DNA of 60,939 nucleotides, counting the filler. It is 6 parts of 6 records of this genome, joined end to end, with 100 filler letters (N's around TTAATTAATTAA, not from the genome) between each part and the next. Parts side by side here need not be neighbours in the genome. Positions count along the whole stretch, not along the records: positions 55,895 to 60,939 come from SRR2962707_4254; 5 more parts are not named here. One strand, given 5' to 3'. Below are positions 60,011-60,939 of the stretch, piece by piece. Numbering within the stretch: position 1 is the stretch's first letter; every line of letters starts with the position of its first letter. A model generated the notes under the pieces. The model did not search any database. It was not told where the DNA came from and was given only the letters and a program-made list of their open reading frames with translations. Position numbers and translations under genes: made by a program.

Positions 60011-60939
60011 TCAGGCCATGCTGAGTTTCTGGCGGTTCTGCGATTCATTCCACAGAATGAAGGTCGACGCCGCCAGGATCAGGATCGACCCGGGCCAGAA
60101 CCAGATCGATGGGGCCTGGCTGAGAACAATCCAGCCCAGCAGACCGCTCAGCGGCACCTTGAGATCGCCAAATGGCTGCAGATAGGTCGCGTCGGCGACC
60201 TTGTAGGCGATGCTGAGCAGATATTGCGCGGCTGCCGTCAACCCGCCCAGCAGCAGCAACAGCCACAGCCCGGTGCCGGAGGGCAGGGCGAAGGGGAAGC
60301 CGGTGGCCAGCCCGTTGGGGACCAGCGTCGGCGCCAACCAGGCGAAGGCGTTCACGGCCAGCAGGATCAGCAGGTGATTGGGCGTGACCAGCACCAATAG
60401 CGACACGGTCAGCGTTTCCGGCGATTCAGTGCGCGACAGATATTTGGTCAGCACGTCGGTGGTCGCCCACAGCGCGGCGGCCGCAATCGGGATCAGCGTA
60501 TAGGCGCTGAGCCCCTCGACGCCGACACCGGAGACGATGATGGCACCGACAAAGCCGACCAGGCCCGCGCCAATACGAGCGGTCGAGGCGCGTTCGCCGA
60601 GGAACAGCGTTGAGCCCAGAATGATAAAGAGCGGGCCGGTGGCGAGCAGGGTGACCATCTGCCAGATCGGCACGCCCGAGGCGAAGCCGTAGACGAACAC
60701 GTGTACGCCCAGCGCCGACACAAAGGCACGAACCCCATGCAATACCGGGTGTCTGGTGCGCAGATTGTGCACCCCGATGCGCATGATGAGCGGTAGGGCC
60801 AGGACCGAGGCGATGACATATTGCCAGAACGCCATGCCGGTCGAGCTCATGCCATAGCCGCCATATTCCACTGGCGTTGGCAGCGCCGATTGCAGCACGT
60901 TGGTGCCGGCGAAGGCAAGGCTTGCCACCACCATGAACA
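60011..60939 (-). CDS. EamA/DMT transporter, RibN-like, 5'-truncated
   Basis: Multiple TM helices, LFLGER, AYKVADATYLQPFGDLK. Confidence 0.8.
   Translation of the reverse strand, partial: FMVVASLAFAGTNVLQSALPTPVEYGGYGMSSTGMAFWQYVIASVLALPLIMRIGVHNLRTRHPVLHGVRAFVSALGVHVFVYGFASGVPIWQMVTLLATGPLFIILGSTLFLGERASTARIGAGLVGFVGAIIVSGVGVEGLSAYTLIPIAAAALWATTDVLTKYLSRTESPETLTVSLLVLVTPNHLLILLAVNAFAWLAPTLVPNGLATGFPFALPSGTGLWLLLLLGGLTAAAQYLLSIAYKVADATYLQPFGDLKVPLSGLLGWIVLSQAPSIWFWPGSILILAASTFILWNESQNRQKLSMA

Overview
This window is not one locus. It is six unrelated contigs joined by 100-nt N spacers that carry an artificial TTAATTAATTAA linker. (1) 1-5092: Rhizobiales-type holB-tmk-dacA-rlpA locus ending in a truncated tRNA-Ser. 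(2) 5193-21064: high-GC alphaproteobacterium (Parvibaculum-like, my inference) with tRNA-Pro, GST, cobalamin riboswitch-btuB, a DUF2946(RAPP)-TonB receptor-YcnI copper module, an S1P-lyase-like enzyme, lipid catabolism genes and MarR-EmrAB. (3) 21165-38135: Roseobacter-type gltB/gltD, uppP, rlmH-rsfS, a WYL regulator, rnr, dapE, dapD and a GluR0-like channel with an atypical filter. (4) 38236-50006: Devosia-like czcD/SmtB plus ars cluster, ABC exporter, ilvA, MFS, argB. (5) 50107-55794: eukaryotic contig with a 10-exon TRAP1/HSP75 gene and an intronless SAM-like orphan. (6) 55895-60939: Devosia-like iolR-iolC-iolD plus a DMT transporter. I saw no CRISPR array, prophage or transposase, and I cannot claim a definitively new system. 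Best leads: the channel with an NGGFE filter, the RAPP copper module and its downstream SD-sequestering hairpin, an uncalled 59-aa secreted peptide, and a small membrane protein preceded by PhaR-like boxes. Taxonomic labels are impressions from gene order and composition; no searches were run.
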